Assembly: GCA_023379935.1 (NCBI GenBank)
Contig: JAMCPD010000025.1
Location: forward strand, 13,427 to 77,426
Reading direction: 5' to 3'
Origin: Actinomycetota bacterium
GTDB lineage: Bacteria; Actinomycetota; Acidimicrobiia; Acidimicrobiales; JAMCPD01
Length of the DNA: 64,000 nucleotides
Shown here: positions 35,023-44,031 of the stretch, piece by piece
Numbering within the stretch: position 1 is the first letter of the stretch
Layout of the letters: every line of letters begins with the position of its first letter
Translations under genes and position numbers: made by a program
Notes under the pieces: model-generated
Told to the model about the DNA's origin: nothing
Database searches by the model: none
Seen by the model: only the letters and a program-made list of their open reading frames with translations

Positions 35023-36341
35023 CTGAAATAACTGAGATAAACGAGGTTACTCAGACAAGTAAAGCAAATGAGGTCAATGTTGTAGATGAAGTCACTGAAG
35101 CAACTTTGCGCTTGCCTGAAGTGTCGTCACTTACTCCTTGGGATATCAATGCAGCCAAAGGTAGTGAAGTGACAACAGATGAAACCATGATTATCAATAT
35201 GGGCCCTCAGCATCCTTCTACGCATGGGGTCTTGCGTATTATGTTGGAACTTAAAGGAGAAACTGTGCTACGTTCAAAGCCAATAATTGGTTACCTGCAC
35301 ACCGGTATGGAAAAGACAGGTGAAGAACTTACCTATGCCCAAGGTTCTACGAATGTAACAAGGATGGACTATCTCTCCCCTTTGAATAACGAACTTGTAT
35401 TCTCCTTGGCAACTGAGGCTCTTTTAGGTATTGAACTGCCTGAACGTGCTGTGTGGATAAGGATGCTTATGTCTGAATTGAACAGGCTTTCTTCACATTT
35501 TATGTGGATGGCAACGAATGGTATGGATCTCGGTTCAACCTCAATGATGATTTATGGTTTTAGAGAAAGGGAAATGATCTTAAGCTTTTTTGCCAAAACA
35601 ACCGGACTGCGCATGAACCATAACTATATACGTCCCGGTGGAGTGGCAGCGGACCTACCGGATGGATGGCAAGAAGATGTACTTGCAATATGTGATGCAA
35701 TTCCGCCTCGTCTTGAGGAGTATGATTCCATGCTTAGCGGTCAGCCAATTTTTTGGGAAAGAACGGTGGGAGTAGGCGTAATAACCACTCAAGAGGCCAT
35801 AGCGCTTTCCGTCAGCGGACCGATTTTGCGTGCTACGGGAAAACCTTGGGATTTACGACGCGCTATCCCGTACTTGTTCTATGACCAAGTGGAGTTTGAC
35901 GTTATAGTAGGCAAGAATGGGGACGCGTTTGACCGTTATGCGGTACGTTTAAATGAAATGCGTGAGTCCGTTAAGATTATTCGCCAGATTGTCGACAAGA
36001 TGCCTTTAGGCGATTACAGAGTTGATAACAAGAAAGTTACACCTCCGCCAAAGATACGCATAGGTGAGTCGATGGAAGCCTTGATTCACCACTTTAAGCT
36101 CTTTACCGAAGGTTTTAAAGTTCCCCCGGGGGAAGTGTATACTGCTATTGAGTCTCCAAGAGGTGAACTGGGTTGCTATATGGTTTCCGATGGTACCTCA
36201 AAGCCTTATAGGATGCATATCAGGGGACCGTCTTTTTATAACCTAAGTGGACTTCCCACAATGTTGAAGGGTGGATTTATAGCGGATGCTGTGGCTGTAA
36301 TTTCATCTGCCGATCCGGTCTTGGGGGAGGTGGATCGTTAG
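35019..36341 (+). CDS. nuoD: NADH-quinone oxidoreductase subunit D
   Basis: NMGPQHPSTHGVLR, IGYLHTGMEK and ESPRGELGCY. Confidence 0.94.
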   Translation: MTEITEINEVTQTSKANEVNVVDEVTEATLRLPEVSSLTPWDINAAKGSEVTTDETMIINMGPQHPSTHGVLRIMLELKGETVLRSKPIIGYLHTGMEKTGEELTYAQGSTNVTRMDYLSPLNNELVFSLATEALLGIELPERAVWIRMLMSELNRLSSHFMWMATNGMDLGSTSMMIYGFREREMILSFFAKTTGLRMNHNYIRPGGVAADLPDGWQEDVLAICDAIPPRLEEYDSMLSGQPIFWERTVGVGVITTQEAIALSVSGPILRATGKPWDLRRAIPYLFYDQVEFDVIVGKNGDAFDRYAVRLNEMRESVKIIRQIVDKMPLGDYRVDNKKVTPPPKIRIGESMEALIHHFKLFTEGFKVPPGEVYTAIESPRGELGCYMVSDGTSKPYRMHIRGPSFYNLSGLPTMLKGGFIADAVAVISSADPVLGEVDR

Positions 36342-36917
36342 ATGAGTGGGCTTAATCCTGAAACGCTTGCCCAGGCGAAACAGCTCCTATCCCTTTACCC
36401 TCACCGGCGTTCCGCACTAATACCACTATGCCATTTAGCGCAGTCCCAAGACGGGTGGCTCACCCGTCAAGCTATGTGTGATATTGCTGAACTGGTTGGT
36501 ATTACACCCGCAGAGGTTTTGGGAACTGTCAGCTTCTATGAGATGTTTCACACTGAGCCGATTGGGCGTTACCTTATATCGGTATGTACCAACATATCTT
36601 GTATGTTAGGCGGTGCTTATGACTTGTTGGATCATATCAAAAAACGTTTAAAGGTTTCTCCCGACGGCACAACCTCTGATGGGCTTTTTACTTTGCAAGA
36701 AGCGGAATGTTTGGCCGGATGCGACAAGGGCCCTTGTGTTACGGTAAACCATCGTTATGTTGACGCAAACACTTCCGATACTTTTGACGCTCTGGTCGAG
36801 CAGTTGAAAGCAGGCAGCTTAGAGGACACTATACCAGTTCACGGAGTACTCATAAGGGTAAAACGCGAACGTGGGCGCGAAGCCGTCAAAGATGACGGTG
36901 TTGAGGTTGCAACGTGA
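36342..36917 (+). CDS. nuoE: NADH-quinone oxidoreductase subunit E
   Basis: 24-kDa subunit 2Fe-2S ligands VCTNISCMLGG and ECLAGCDKGP. Confidence 0.92.
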   Translation: MSGLNPETLAQAKQLLSLYPHRRSALIPLCHLAQSQDGWLTRQAMCDIAELVGITPAEVLGTVSFYEMFHTEPIGRYLISVCTNISCMLGGAYDLLDHIKKRLKVSPDGTTSDGLFTLQEAECLAGCDKGPCVTVNHRYVDANTSDTFDALVEQLKAGSLEDTIPVHGVLIRVKRERGREAVKDDGVEVAT

Positions 36918-38338
36918 GCAAACCCAAAAAGCCCAAACAAACAAAACAAGTTCCAACCAAGCAAACTCCTTCCTTCAAACCTCCGACGGCTGCTCTGGCG
37001 ACACATGGGCCTGAACTGCCCAAAATCGTAACCTCGCGTATAGGAGTAGAGAACTCCTATACATTGGATACTTTTTTGAATACCGGGGGTTACCAAGGAC
37101 TAAAAAAGGCTTTATCGATGACTCCTGAAGCGGTAAGTGAGCAGGTCATGACCGCCAGCTTACTTGGTCGGGGTGGCGCCGGTTTCCCTGCAGGGCGTAA
37201 ATGGTCGATGTTGGGGCAATCACCGGTTAAATATCTGGTTGTAAACGGTGATGAGAGTGAACCCGCTACTTTTAAAGACCGTATGTTGGTGGAAAACGAC
37301 CCGCATCAACTGATAGAGGGAACTGTAATAACTGCCTATGCAATAGGTGCTGTTTTGGCCTTTATATATATTCGCGGCGAGTTTGCACTTGCGTTGGAAA
37401 GATTGCAAGCTGCGTTGAATGAGGCTTATCAACATGGGGCGGTCGGTAAGAGTATTTTTGGCTCTTCGGTTTCTTTGGATATTATTGTTCAACCCGGTGC
37501 CGGCGCTTATATATGCGGTGAAGAAACAGCATTGTTGGAGGCTTTGGAGGGTAAAAGAGGTTTTCCGCGCATCAAACCTCCCTACTTTCCTGCTGCTGTT
37601 GGCCTTTATGGCGAACCGACAATTGTCAATAACGTAGAAACCATTTCCAATATACCATGGATTGTAAAAAACGGAGGTGCGGCTTTTAGGAGGCTTGGGG
37701 AAGGAAATTCCACGGGTACCAGGCTTTTTGCTCTTTCAGGACATGTCAAAAGGCCGGGCAACTATGAAATAGAAATGGCTAAGAACAGTTTTGAAAATAT
37801 TATATATGATTCCGATTTGGGTGGGGGCATTTTAAATGACCATGAATTGAAGGCCTTCATACCAGGGGGCGTCTCGTCCCCCTGGTTTGGCCCCGAACAT
37901 CTTGGACTACCCCTAAGTGCCGAAGCGGTAGGTCAAGCCGGTTCTATGCTTGGTTCCGGTTCAATTGTTGTGATGGATCATACTACCTGTATAGTTAGAG
38001 TTGCTTGGCGTATAACGAGGTTTTTTCATCGAGAGTCTTGTGGTCAATGTACGCCGTGCAGAGAGGGAGCCGGATGGTTGGAGAAGATCTTGCACAGAAT
38101 AGAAAGCGGTGCGGGTAAAGAAGAGGATTTGGATCTTTTGATGGATGTTTGCGACAATATATCACCCGGTATTATTTGGCCACCCGCACAAACAACGATT
38201 TGCCCCTTGGGCCCCTCGATACCACCCTCGATAGCATCGGGTATCAAGATGTTCCGGGATGAGTTTTTGATCCATGTAAAAGAAGGGGGCTGTCCGATTT
38301 CTGACGCCAGACACAGTGCTGAAGTGAGTAGAGTATAA
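36914..38338 (+). CDS. nuoF: NADH-quinone oxidoreductase subunit F (Lys/Pro/Gln-rich N-terminal extension)
   Basis: GRGGAGFPAGRKW, ICGEETALLEALEG and ESCGQCTPCREG. Confidence 0.94.
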   Translation: MSKPKKPKQTKQVPTKQTPSFKPPTAALATHGPELPKIVTSRIGVENSYTLDTFLNTGGYQGLKKALSMTPEAVSEQVMTASLLGRGGAGFPAGRKWSMLGQSPVKYLVVNGDESEPATFKDRMLVENDPHQLIEGTVITAYAIGAVLAFIYIRGEFALALERLQAALNEAYQHGAVGKSIFGSSVSLDIIVQPGAGAYICGEETALLEALEGKRGFPRIKPPYFPAAVGLYGEPTIVNNVETISNIPWIVKNGGAAFRRLGEGNSTGTRLFALSGHVKRPGNYEIEMAKNSFENIIYDSDLGGGILNDHELKAFIPGGVSSPWFGPEHLGLPLSAEAVGQAGSMLGSGSIVVMDHTTCIVRVAWRITRFFHRESCGQCTPCREGAGWLEKILHRIESGAGKEEDLDLLMDVCDNISPGIIWPPAQTTICPLGPSIPPSIASGIKMFRDEFLIHVKEGGCPISDARHSAEVSRV

Positions 38339-41088
38339 TGCCCGAAGAAGTGGTCAAGGAGATCAGAAAAGCTGATAAGTTGTCTAATTTACAAGAGTTG
38401 AAGATGACGTTGAACGGTCGTGAGATAACCGCTTACAAAGGAGAGATGATTATTGAGGCAGCTGCCAGGGCAGGAGTATTCATTCCGCGTTTTTGTTACC
38501 ACCCCCGAATGAAACCTGTCGGAATGTGCCGTATGTGTTTGGTTGAGGTTCTTGGGCCAAGAGGACCCAGCCTACAGCCGGCTTGTTATATGGCTGTGGC
38601 GGAGGGGCAAGAGGTTATAACCAACTCATCAAATGTTAGAAAAGCCCAAGAAGGGATTTTGGAGTTTCTGTTGGTCAACCACCCCCTCGACTGCCCAATT
38701 TGTGACAAAGGTGGCGAATGTCCCCTGCAAGATCAGACGCTTGCCAATGGGCCGGGAGAAAGCCGTTTTATAGAGGAAAAGCGACATTTCTTAAAGCCGA
38801 TTTCACTTTCAAGCCTTGTACTTTTGGATCGGGAACGTTGTATACAGTGTGCCAGATGTATACGTTTTGCTGACGAAATTGCCGGTGAGCCTTTAATTGA
38901 CTTTATGGGTCGTGGGGATGAGATAGAGGTTGGCATATTTTCAGACGACCATGACGGCTTGGGAGACCACTCCAACGGGTATGCATTCTCCTCTTATTTT
39001 AGCGGAAACACTGTACAGATATGTCCTGTTGGTGCACTGACAGCAGCTCCATACAGGTTTAAGTCCCGTCCTTGGGACTTAGAACAGGTAGAGAGTTCTT
39101 GTACGCTCTGTGCATTGGGTTGCCGGATGGTTGTTCAGTCCTCGTTCGGTACTCCCGTACGTCATTTAGGGATTGATCTTGATTCTTTGAACCAAAGCTG
39201 GTTATGCGACAAGGGACGGTTTTCCTTTGAGGCGGTTTCTTTCGATAATCAAGTACCGAATAATCGGGTATCAACACCCCTGGTTAGGAAAGAAGGTGAA
39301 CTGAAAGAGGTATCCTGGGGGGAGGCATTGACTGTGGCGGCACAAGGACTCAAAAAAGCCATTGATCGTCAAGGTCATGAATCCGTTGCTTTCTTGGGCG
39401 GGTCTCAACTTACTTGTCAAGATGGGTATGCGTGGGCAAAGTTTGCGAAATCTGTGATACGAACAGATTCATGTGATGCCCAACTCGCTGACGGGATTGC
39501 GCCTGAAGTAGTTCTGGCATTGCCGAGAGCAACTATTGATGAGGCTTGCTCTGCAAGAGCGGTAGTAATAATGGCCGGTGATTTAAAAGAAGAGTTACCG
39601 ATTTTGTGGTTACGGTTACGCTCAGCTGTTTTGAACAAGGGGTTAGAGCTGATTGAGATCACTCCTGTCCCCACCGCACTGAGTGATATTGCTTCGGTGA
39701 GTTTGTTCCATAGACCGGGTGAAGTGGATGTATTTGTAAAGGAGTTGTTCGATAGCAGTTTTAATGTACCGGGGCATGGTACTGGGTCGGATAAAGGCAG
39801 CGTTTCCAACCGCCAAACGGACAAAGCTGTGGAACTGTCAAGGGTTGCTGAGCTGTTAGGGGATGGTGATGGCGTGGTGGTAATAGTTGGACGTCAGTCT
39901 TTGGCTGAAACCCATGATCCGATTACACGCGCCACCCTTTATTTGGCGGCGCACTTGGATCACGCTACCTTTTTACCGGCTCTTAGACGTTCCAATGTGA
40001 ATGGTGCTCTGGAAGTGGGATTGGCACCGGGGATTTTACCCGGAAGAGTTGGTTTGGAAGAAGGCCGGGAGTTTTTTACCCGCGCCTGGGGAGATCTTCC
40101 TGATCACAAGGGGAAAGATGCCACTGCGGTGTTTGAGTCCCTTAGTTCAGGTGGGATGGAGGCTCTTGTACTGTTGGGAGCAGATCCATTGTCAGACTTT
40201 CCTGATCAACATTTGGCTAAGAAAGCTTTATCAAACGCCTCCTTTATAGTGGCTGTAGACTCTTTTTTGACAGACTCTTCGTTGCAGGCTGATGTGGTAT
40301 TGCCCGCTTGTATAACTGCTGAACGTTCAGGAACATTTGAAAATATAGAGGGCCGTTTATTCAGTTTGGCACGAATCCCAACTCCCAAGGGACAGTCCTG
40401 GACAGATTTTGAGATAGCCGCTAGTCTTGCATCATGCATGGGTAAAGAACTCGGTTTTCACTCATATGAACAGATTGATGAAGAAATGCGCCGTGTTATG
40501 CCGAGTTGGAGCAGTTTGGAACTCACTTCAACTGCTGATTCGCTGTTAGATCCAGTTGCAACACCCGGTATAGGTTCTGTAGCGGAACAGGGCTTCTCAG
40601 AACAGGGCTTCTCAGAACAGGGCTTCTCAGAACAGGGCTTCTCAATGGTTTATCCCAACAAAGCAGGCGGAGCAGATGTGACCGGTAATTTGCCCAAAAC
40701 ACTTAGCTTGGGTTTGCCTCACCCCATTGATCCGATGCCAGCGCCTGATAACTATACTTTGAGACTGGTTGTGACAAGAAGCCTGTATGATATGGGTACT
40801 TTGATGCGCTCTTGTCCGTCCATCTCCAATCTTGTGCCTGAATGCGTACTTAGGGTGAATCCGAAACACCTAGAACGCTTGGGGGTATCCAACGGAGATA
40901 CAGTTCACCTCCGTTCTTCACAAGGCGAATTGAAGATAAAAGCTTATGGTGATGCTTCTGTTCCACAAGGTATTGCTGCATTGAAATTCAACCTACCTAC
41001 GTCACGGGGCACCAATCTGGTTGCCTCTGCTATTATAGATGCCCATTCGACTGTAACAGAGGTTTATTTGGAGGCACTGGAGCGATGA
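38338..41088 (+). CDS. nuoG: NADH-quinone oxidoreductase subunit G
   Basis: N-terminal Fe-S motifs CYHPRMKPVGMCRMCLVEV, HPLDCPICDKGGECPLQD and CIQCARCIRF, followed by a molybdopterin-oxidoreductase-like body. Confidence 0.93.
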   Translation: MPEEVVKEIRKADKLSNLQELKMTLNGREITAYKGEMIIEAAARAGVFIPRFCYHPRMKPVGMCRMCLVEVLGPRGPSLQPACYMAVAEGQEVITNSSNVRKAQEGILEFLLVNHPLDCPICDKGGECPLQDQTLANGPGESRFIEEKRHFLKPISLSSLVLLDRERCIQCARCIRFADEIAGEPLIDFMGRGDEIEVGIFSDDHDGLGDHSNGYAFSSYFSGNTVQICPVGALTAAPYRFKSRPWDLEQVESSCTLCALGCRMVVQSSFGTPVRHLGIDLDSLNQSWLCDKGRFSFEAVSFDNQVPNNRVSTPLVRKEGELKEVSWGEALTVAAQGLKKAIDRQGHESVAFLGGSQLTCQDGYAWAKFAKSVIRTDSCDAQLADGIAPEVVLALPRATIDEACSARAVVIMAGDLKEELPILWLRLRSAVLNKGLELIEITPVPTALSDIASVSLFHRPGEVDVFVKELFDSSFNVPGHGTGSDKGSVSNRQTDKAVELSRVAELLGDGDGVVVIVGRQSLAETHDPITRATLYLAAHLDHATFLPALRRSNVNGALEVGLAPGILPGRVGLEEGREFFTRAWGDLPDHKGKDATAVFESLSSGGMEALVLLGADPLSDFPDQHLAKKALSNASFIVAVDSFLTDSSLQADVVLPACITAERSGTFENIEGRLFSLARIPTPKGQSWTDFEIAASLASCMGKELGFHSYEQIDEEMRRVMPSWSSLELTSTADSLLDPVATPGIGSVAEQGFSEQGFSEQGFSEQGFSMVYPNKAGGADVTGNLPKTLSLGLPHPIDPMPAPDNYTLRLVVTRSLYDMGTLMRSCPSISNLVPECVLRVNPKHLERLGVSNGDTVHLRSSQGELKIKAYGDASVPQGIAALKFNLPTSRGTNLVASAIIDAHSTVTEVYLEALER
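40585..40644 (+). repeat. Perfect in-frame 15-bp tandem repeat x4 inside nuoG
   Basis: gaacagggcttctca x4 with no mismatch, encoding EQGFS x4. Confidence 0.95.
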
Positions 41089-42236
41089 ACGATCCTCTCT
41101 TTATACATGGTGTAACTCTGGCGGTAATTCTTATAGTACTGATAAAAGTTGTTGTTGCTTTTGCGCTGCTTTTAATCTTGGTTATGTTGTTGATATGGTT
41201 TGAGCGAAAGCTTATATCTGATATGCAAAATCGTATAGGGCCTAACAGAGCTGGACCTTGGGGCCTGCTGCAGTCTTTGGCGGATGGGATAAAGCTGTTT
41301 TTCAAGGAAGATCTGTTACCTGAAAAAGCTGATAAAAGGTTGTTTAGGCTCGCTCCATTTTTTGTAACTGTACCCGCCTTTTTAGTGTTTTGTCTAGTTC
41401 CAATAGGTGGAGAGGTAACCTGGTTTGGTCATAGCACTTACCTTCAAGTGGCCAACCCGTCCATAGGAGTGCTTTTCCTGCTTGCCATGTCTTCGGTATC
41501 TGTTTACGGGGTAATGCTTGCCGGTTGGTCTTCGGGATCAAAATACCCGTTGCTGGGATCTGTTAGGGCATCAGCGCAGATGATCTCTTATGAAGCGGCC
41601 TTAGGGTTATCGTTGGCTGGGGTTGTGTTGGAAAGTCATACCTTATCCACCAGAGGTATTGTGCTGAGTCAAGCTCCCCACTTCTGGTTTTGGAACTTAC
41701 TAAGGGTTGGCATAGTACCGTTTATCGTATTCTTGATTGCTATTACTGCCGAACTAAATCGTCCGCCGTTTGATCTGGTGGAAGCTGAGCAGGAGTTGGT
41801 AGGTGGTTTTCACACCGAGTACTCTTCTATCCGCTTCGCTCTGTTCTATTTAGCTGAGTATATGAACACGCTTACCATGTCGGCAATAGTTGTCACACTG
41901 TTCTTGGGTGGTCCAAGTGGCCCCGGTTTTACATTTTTACCCTGGCTTTGGCCTATTTTGTGGTTTGCCGGCAAGACCCTTGTCTTCCTGTTCTGTTACG
42001 TATGGTTTAGGGCTGCTCTACCCCGTTTACGTTATGACCAGTTGATGGATCTTGGGTGGAAAATACTGATACCGGTATCGCTCATATGGTTACTTGTTAT
42101 AGCCGGTGAGTTGGTTTATAAATTTGGTGGGCTAATCGTTGTGGGGGCGGGGGTTGTAGCCATGCTCTTATTGTTCAGGTCATTACAGGTAGGTCGAAAT
42201 CGTATGGATGAAGGTGAAAAAGTAGTTGAGCCGTGA
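41085..42236 (+). CDS. nuoH: NADH-quinone oxidoreductase subunit H
   Basis: [17 protein letters not shown] and [25 protein letters not shown]. Confidence 0.94.
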   Translation: MNDPLFIHGVTLAVILIVLIKVVVAFALLLILVMLLIWFERKLISDMQNRIGPNRAGPWGLLQSLADGIKLFFKEDLLPEKADKRLFRLAPFFVTVPAFLVFCLVPIGGEVTWFGHSTYLQVANPSIGVLFLLAMSSVSVYGVMLAGWSSGSKYPLLGSVRASAQMISYEAALGLSLAGVVLESHTLSTRGIVLSQAPHFWFWNLLRVGIVPFIVFLIAITAELNRPPFDLVEAEQELVGGFHTEYSSIRFALFYLAEYMNTLTMSAIVVTLFLGGPSGPGFTFLPWLWPILWFAGKTLVFLFCYVWFRAALPRLRYDQLMDLGWKILIPVSLIWLLVIAGELVYKFGGLIVVGAGVVAMLLLFRSLQVGRNRMDEGEKVVEP

Positions 42237-42978
42237 TATGAACCACGATAAAAATCGCAATAAAACTCCCCTTGTCGACTTGGGCTTTTTCGGCGGATTC
42301 AAGGTTACCTTGGTTCAAATACTGCGTCCCAGAGTTACATACCAGTATCCACAAGAAAAAAAACCAAAACCTCCTCGTCTGCACGGGCGGCATGTATTAA
42401 ACCGTTATGAAGACGGTATGGAAAAATGCATTGGTTGTGAACTTTGTGCGGGGATATGTCCCGCAGACTGTATTTACGTAAGAGGTCGTGACAACTCTAT
42501 TGAAAATCCGGTTTCGCCCGGGGAACGCTATGGGTTTGTTTATGAGATCAACTATTTGCGTTGTATACACTGTGATATGTGTGTCGAGGCCTGCCCTACG
42601 GGTGCAATTACCGAGTCTAAAATGTTTGAGTTTTCCTTCACCAACCGTAGAGATGCTATATACACTAAACAAGAGTTACTGGTGGATGATGAAGGACAAC
42701 CGCAGAAACTGCCATGGGAGGACTGGCGCAAGGGGGACGATACCCATACCTCCGGTTGGCTTAGGGCAACTTCGTCTTCAGGGCTTGCCTCATATGAAGG
42801 AAAAGTCCACTGGTCCGGAGAGCTTGGATATGGCATTAGGGCTCCGGAGGCTGCCCAGAGCGGGCAAGCAGACCAGAGCGGACAAAACGGCGAACTATTT
42901 CATATCAAAGATACCTTACGTGGCCATATGCGTTACAAGGGGTGGAACTTGATAAAAGCCTGGAGCAGAACAAAATGA
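42226..42978 (+). CDS. nuoI: NADH-quinone oxidoreductase subunit I (with long C-terminal extension)
   Basis: Two 4Fe-4S motifs, [12 protein letters not shown] and [12 protein letters not shown]. An alternative ATG lies at 42238. Confidence 0.92.
   Translation: MSRDMNHDKNRNKTPLVDLGFFGGFKVTLVQILRPRVTYQYPQEKKPKPPRLHGRHVLNRYEDGMEKCIGCELCAGICPADCIYVRGRDNSIENPVSPGERYGFVYEINYLRCIHCDMCVEACPTGAITESKMFEFSFTNRRDAIYTKQELLVDDEGQPQKLPWEDWRKGDDTHTSGWLRATSSSGLASYEGKVHWSGELGYGIRAPEAAQSGQADQSGQNGELFHIKDTLRGHMRYKGWNLIKAWSRTK
42855..42890 (+). repeat. Imperfect in-frame 18-bp duplication in the nuoI C-terminal extension
   Basis: ccagagcgg recurs with an 18-nt period (42855 and 42873), encoding [12 protein letters not shown]. 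Confidence 0.6.
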
Positions 42979-43724
42979 TACCAGCACTTCACTCATATGG
43001 GACTGTACTGCATGGGATGATATTTGGCCTGCATGGGATTGTATTTGGGACGACGCTTCCTACGCTGCCCGATTCCGTTACCTTTTTTATTGCCGCCGTT
43101 ATAGTCTTAGTAGGCGGTATCGGGGTGGTTGTCAGTCGTAATCCTGTGCACTCTGCCTTATGGTTGGTGGCTTGCTTATTTGGTATTGCCGTCATGTTTT
43201 TGTTGCAAGATGCCAGTTTTCTGGCTGCGGTTCAAATTATCGTATACGCGGGGGCCATAGTAGTGCTGTTCTTGTTCGTAATTATGTTGTTAGGGGTGGA
43301 CAGGCCGGAAAGTATCGGATCAGATCCGCTGAAAGCGCAACGTCCTTTGGCAATACTGTTCGGGCTCGGAGTACTTGGAGGGAGCTTGTTGTTAGGTTTT
43401 ACGGCTAAGTGGGAATCGGGGGCCAAGTCTCAAGCAGGCAGAGCCGTTGGAGGCAGTACGAATGAAGTGCAGAAACTGGGTAAGGCCGTGTTCAGTATAT
43501 ACTTGTTACCGTTTGAAGCGACGGCAGCTTTACTGACCATAGCTGTTGTGGGTGCAGTTTTACTTACAATGCATGCCAACAGAACCACAGAAAACTCGAA
43601 GCCGTATGAGGACCCGAAGCCGTATGAGGACCCGGTCCCGGATGGATATCGAAGCAGGCAAGGTTTGGTGGCGAATGCAGACGAAGAGGTTGATCTTGTT
43701 GACAAGGAGTTGGATGTAAAATGA
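42975..43724 (+). CDS. nuoJ: NADH-quinone oxidoreductase subunit J
   Basis: ATG 42975 overlaps the nuoI stop (ATGA) and is preferred over the track start 42942. ND6-like TM protein with [13 protein letters not shown]. Confidence 0.88.
   Translation: MIPALHSYGTVLHGMIFGLHGIVFGTTLPTLPDSVTFFIAAVIVLVGGIGVVVSRNPVHSALWLVACLFGIAVMFLLQDASFLAAVQIIVYAGAIVVLFLFVIMLLGVDRPESIGSDPLKAQRPLAILFGLGVLGGSLLLGFTAKWESGAKSQAGRAVGGSTNEVQKLGKAVFSIYLLPFEATAALLTIAVVGAVLLTMHANRTTENSKPYEDPKPYEDPVPDGYRSRQGLVANADEEVDLVDKELDVK
43008..43049 (+). repeat. In-frame 21-bp tandem duplication (18/21 identical) at the nuoJ N-terminus
   Basis: ctgcatgggatgatatttggc / ctgcatgggattgtatttggg, encoding [14 protein letters not shown]. 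Confidence 0.8.
43597..43634 (+). repeat. Exact in-frame 18-bp tandem duplication in the nuoJ C-terminal tail
   Basis: cgaagccgtatgaggacc x2, encoding [12 protein letters not shown]. Confidence 0.92.
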
Positions 43725-44026
43725 GTATACCCGGATCTTGGTATCTGACGTTAGCGGCACTACTGTTTTCGATAGGAGTTGTGGGGATTCTGGTACGCCG
43801 CAATGTGTTGATTATGTTCATGTGTATTGAGTTAATGCTCAACGCGGCCAACCTAACTCTTGTCACCTATGCACGAATGCTTAATGACATTGGCGGACAG
43901 GTTTTGGTCTTTTTTGTACTGGTAGTAGCGGCAGCCGAAGTTGTAGTCGGATTGGGCGTAATTGTTTCGATATTCCGTAGGGCAAAAAGTACTACGGCTG
44001 ATGATCTCCACATATTAAAGGGTTAA
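43721..44026 (+). CDS. nuoK: NADH-quinone oxidoreductase subunit K
   Basis: 101 aa with 3 TM segments, the [12 protein letters not shown] motif and an ATGA overlap with nuoJ. Confidence 0.92.
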   Translation: MSIPGSWYLTLAALLFSIGVVGILVRRNVLIMFMCIELMLNAANLTLVTYARMLNDIGGQVLVFFVLVVAAAEVVVGLGVIVSIFRRAKSTTADDLHILKG

Positions 44027-44031
44027 AGATA

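Noticed and set aside
40585-40644. Short direct repeats considered as a CRISPR-like array
   Set aside because: The units are contiguous with no spacers, only 15 bp long, and in frame within nuoG. This is a coding minisatellite and not a CRISPR array.
42942-42974. Upstream extension of nuoJ ([11 protein letters not shown])
   Set aside because: It lies inside the nuoI coding region. ATG 42975 forms the ATGA stop/start overlap seen at the nuoC/D, nuoG/H and nuoJ/K junctions of this operon.
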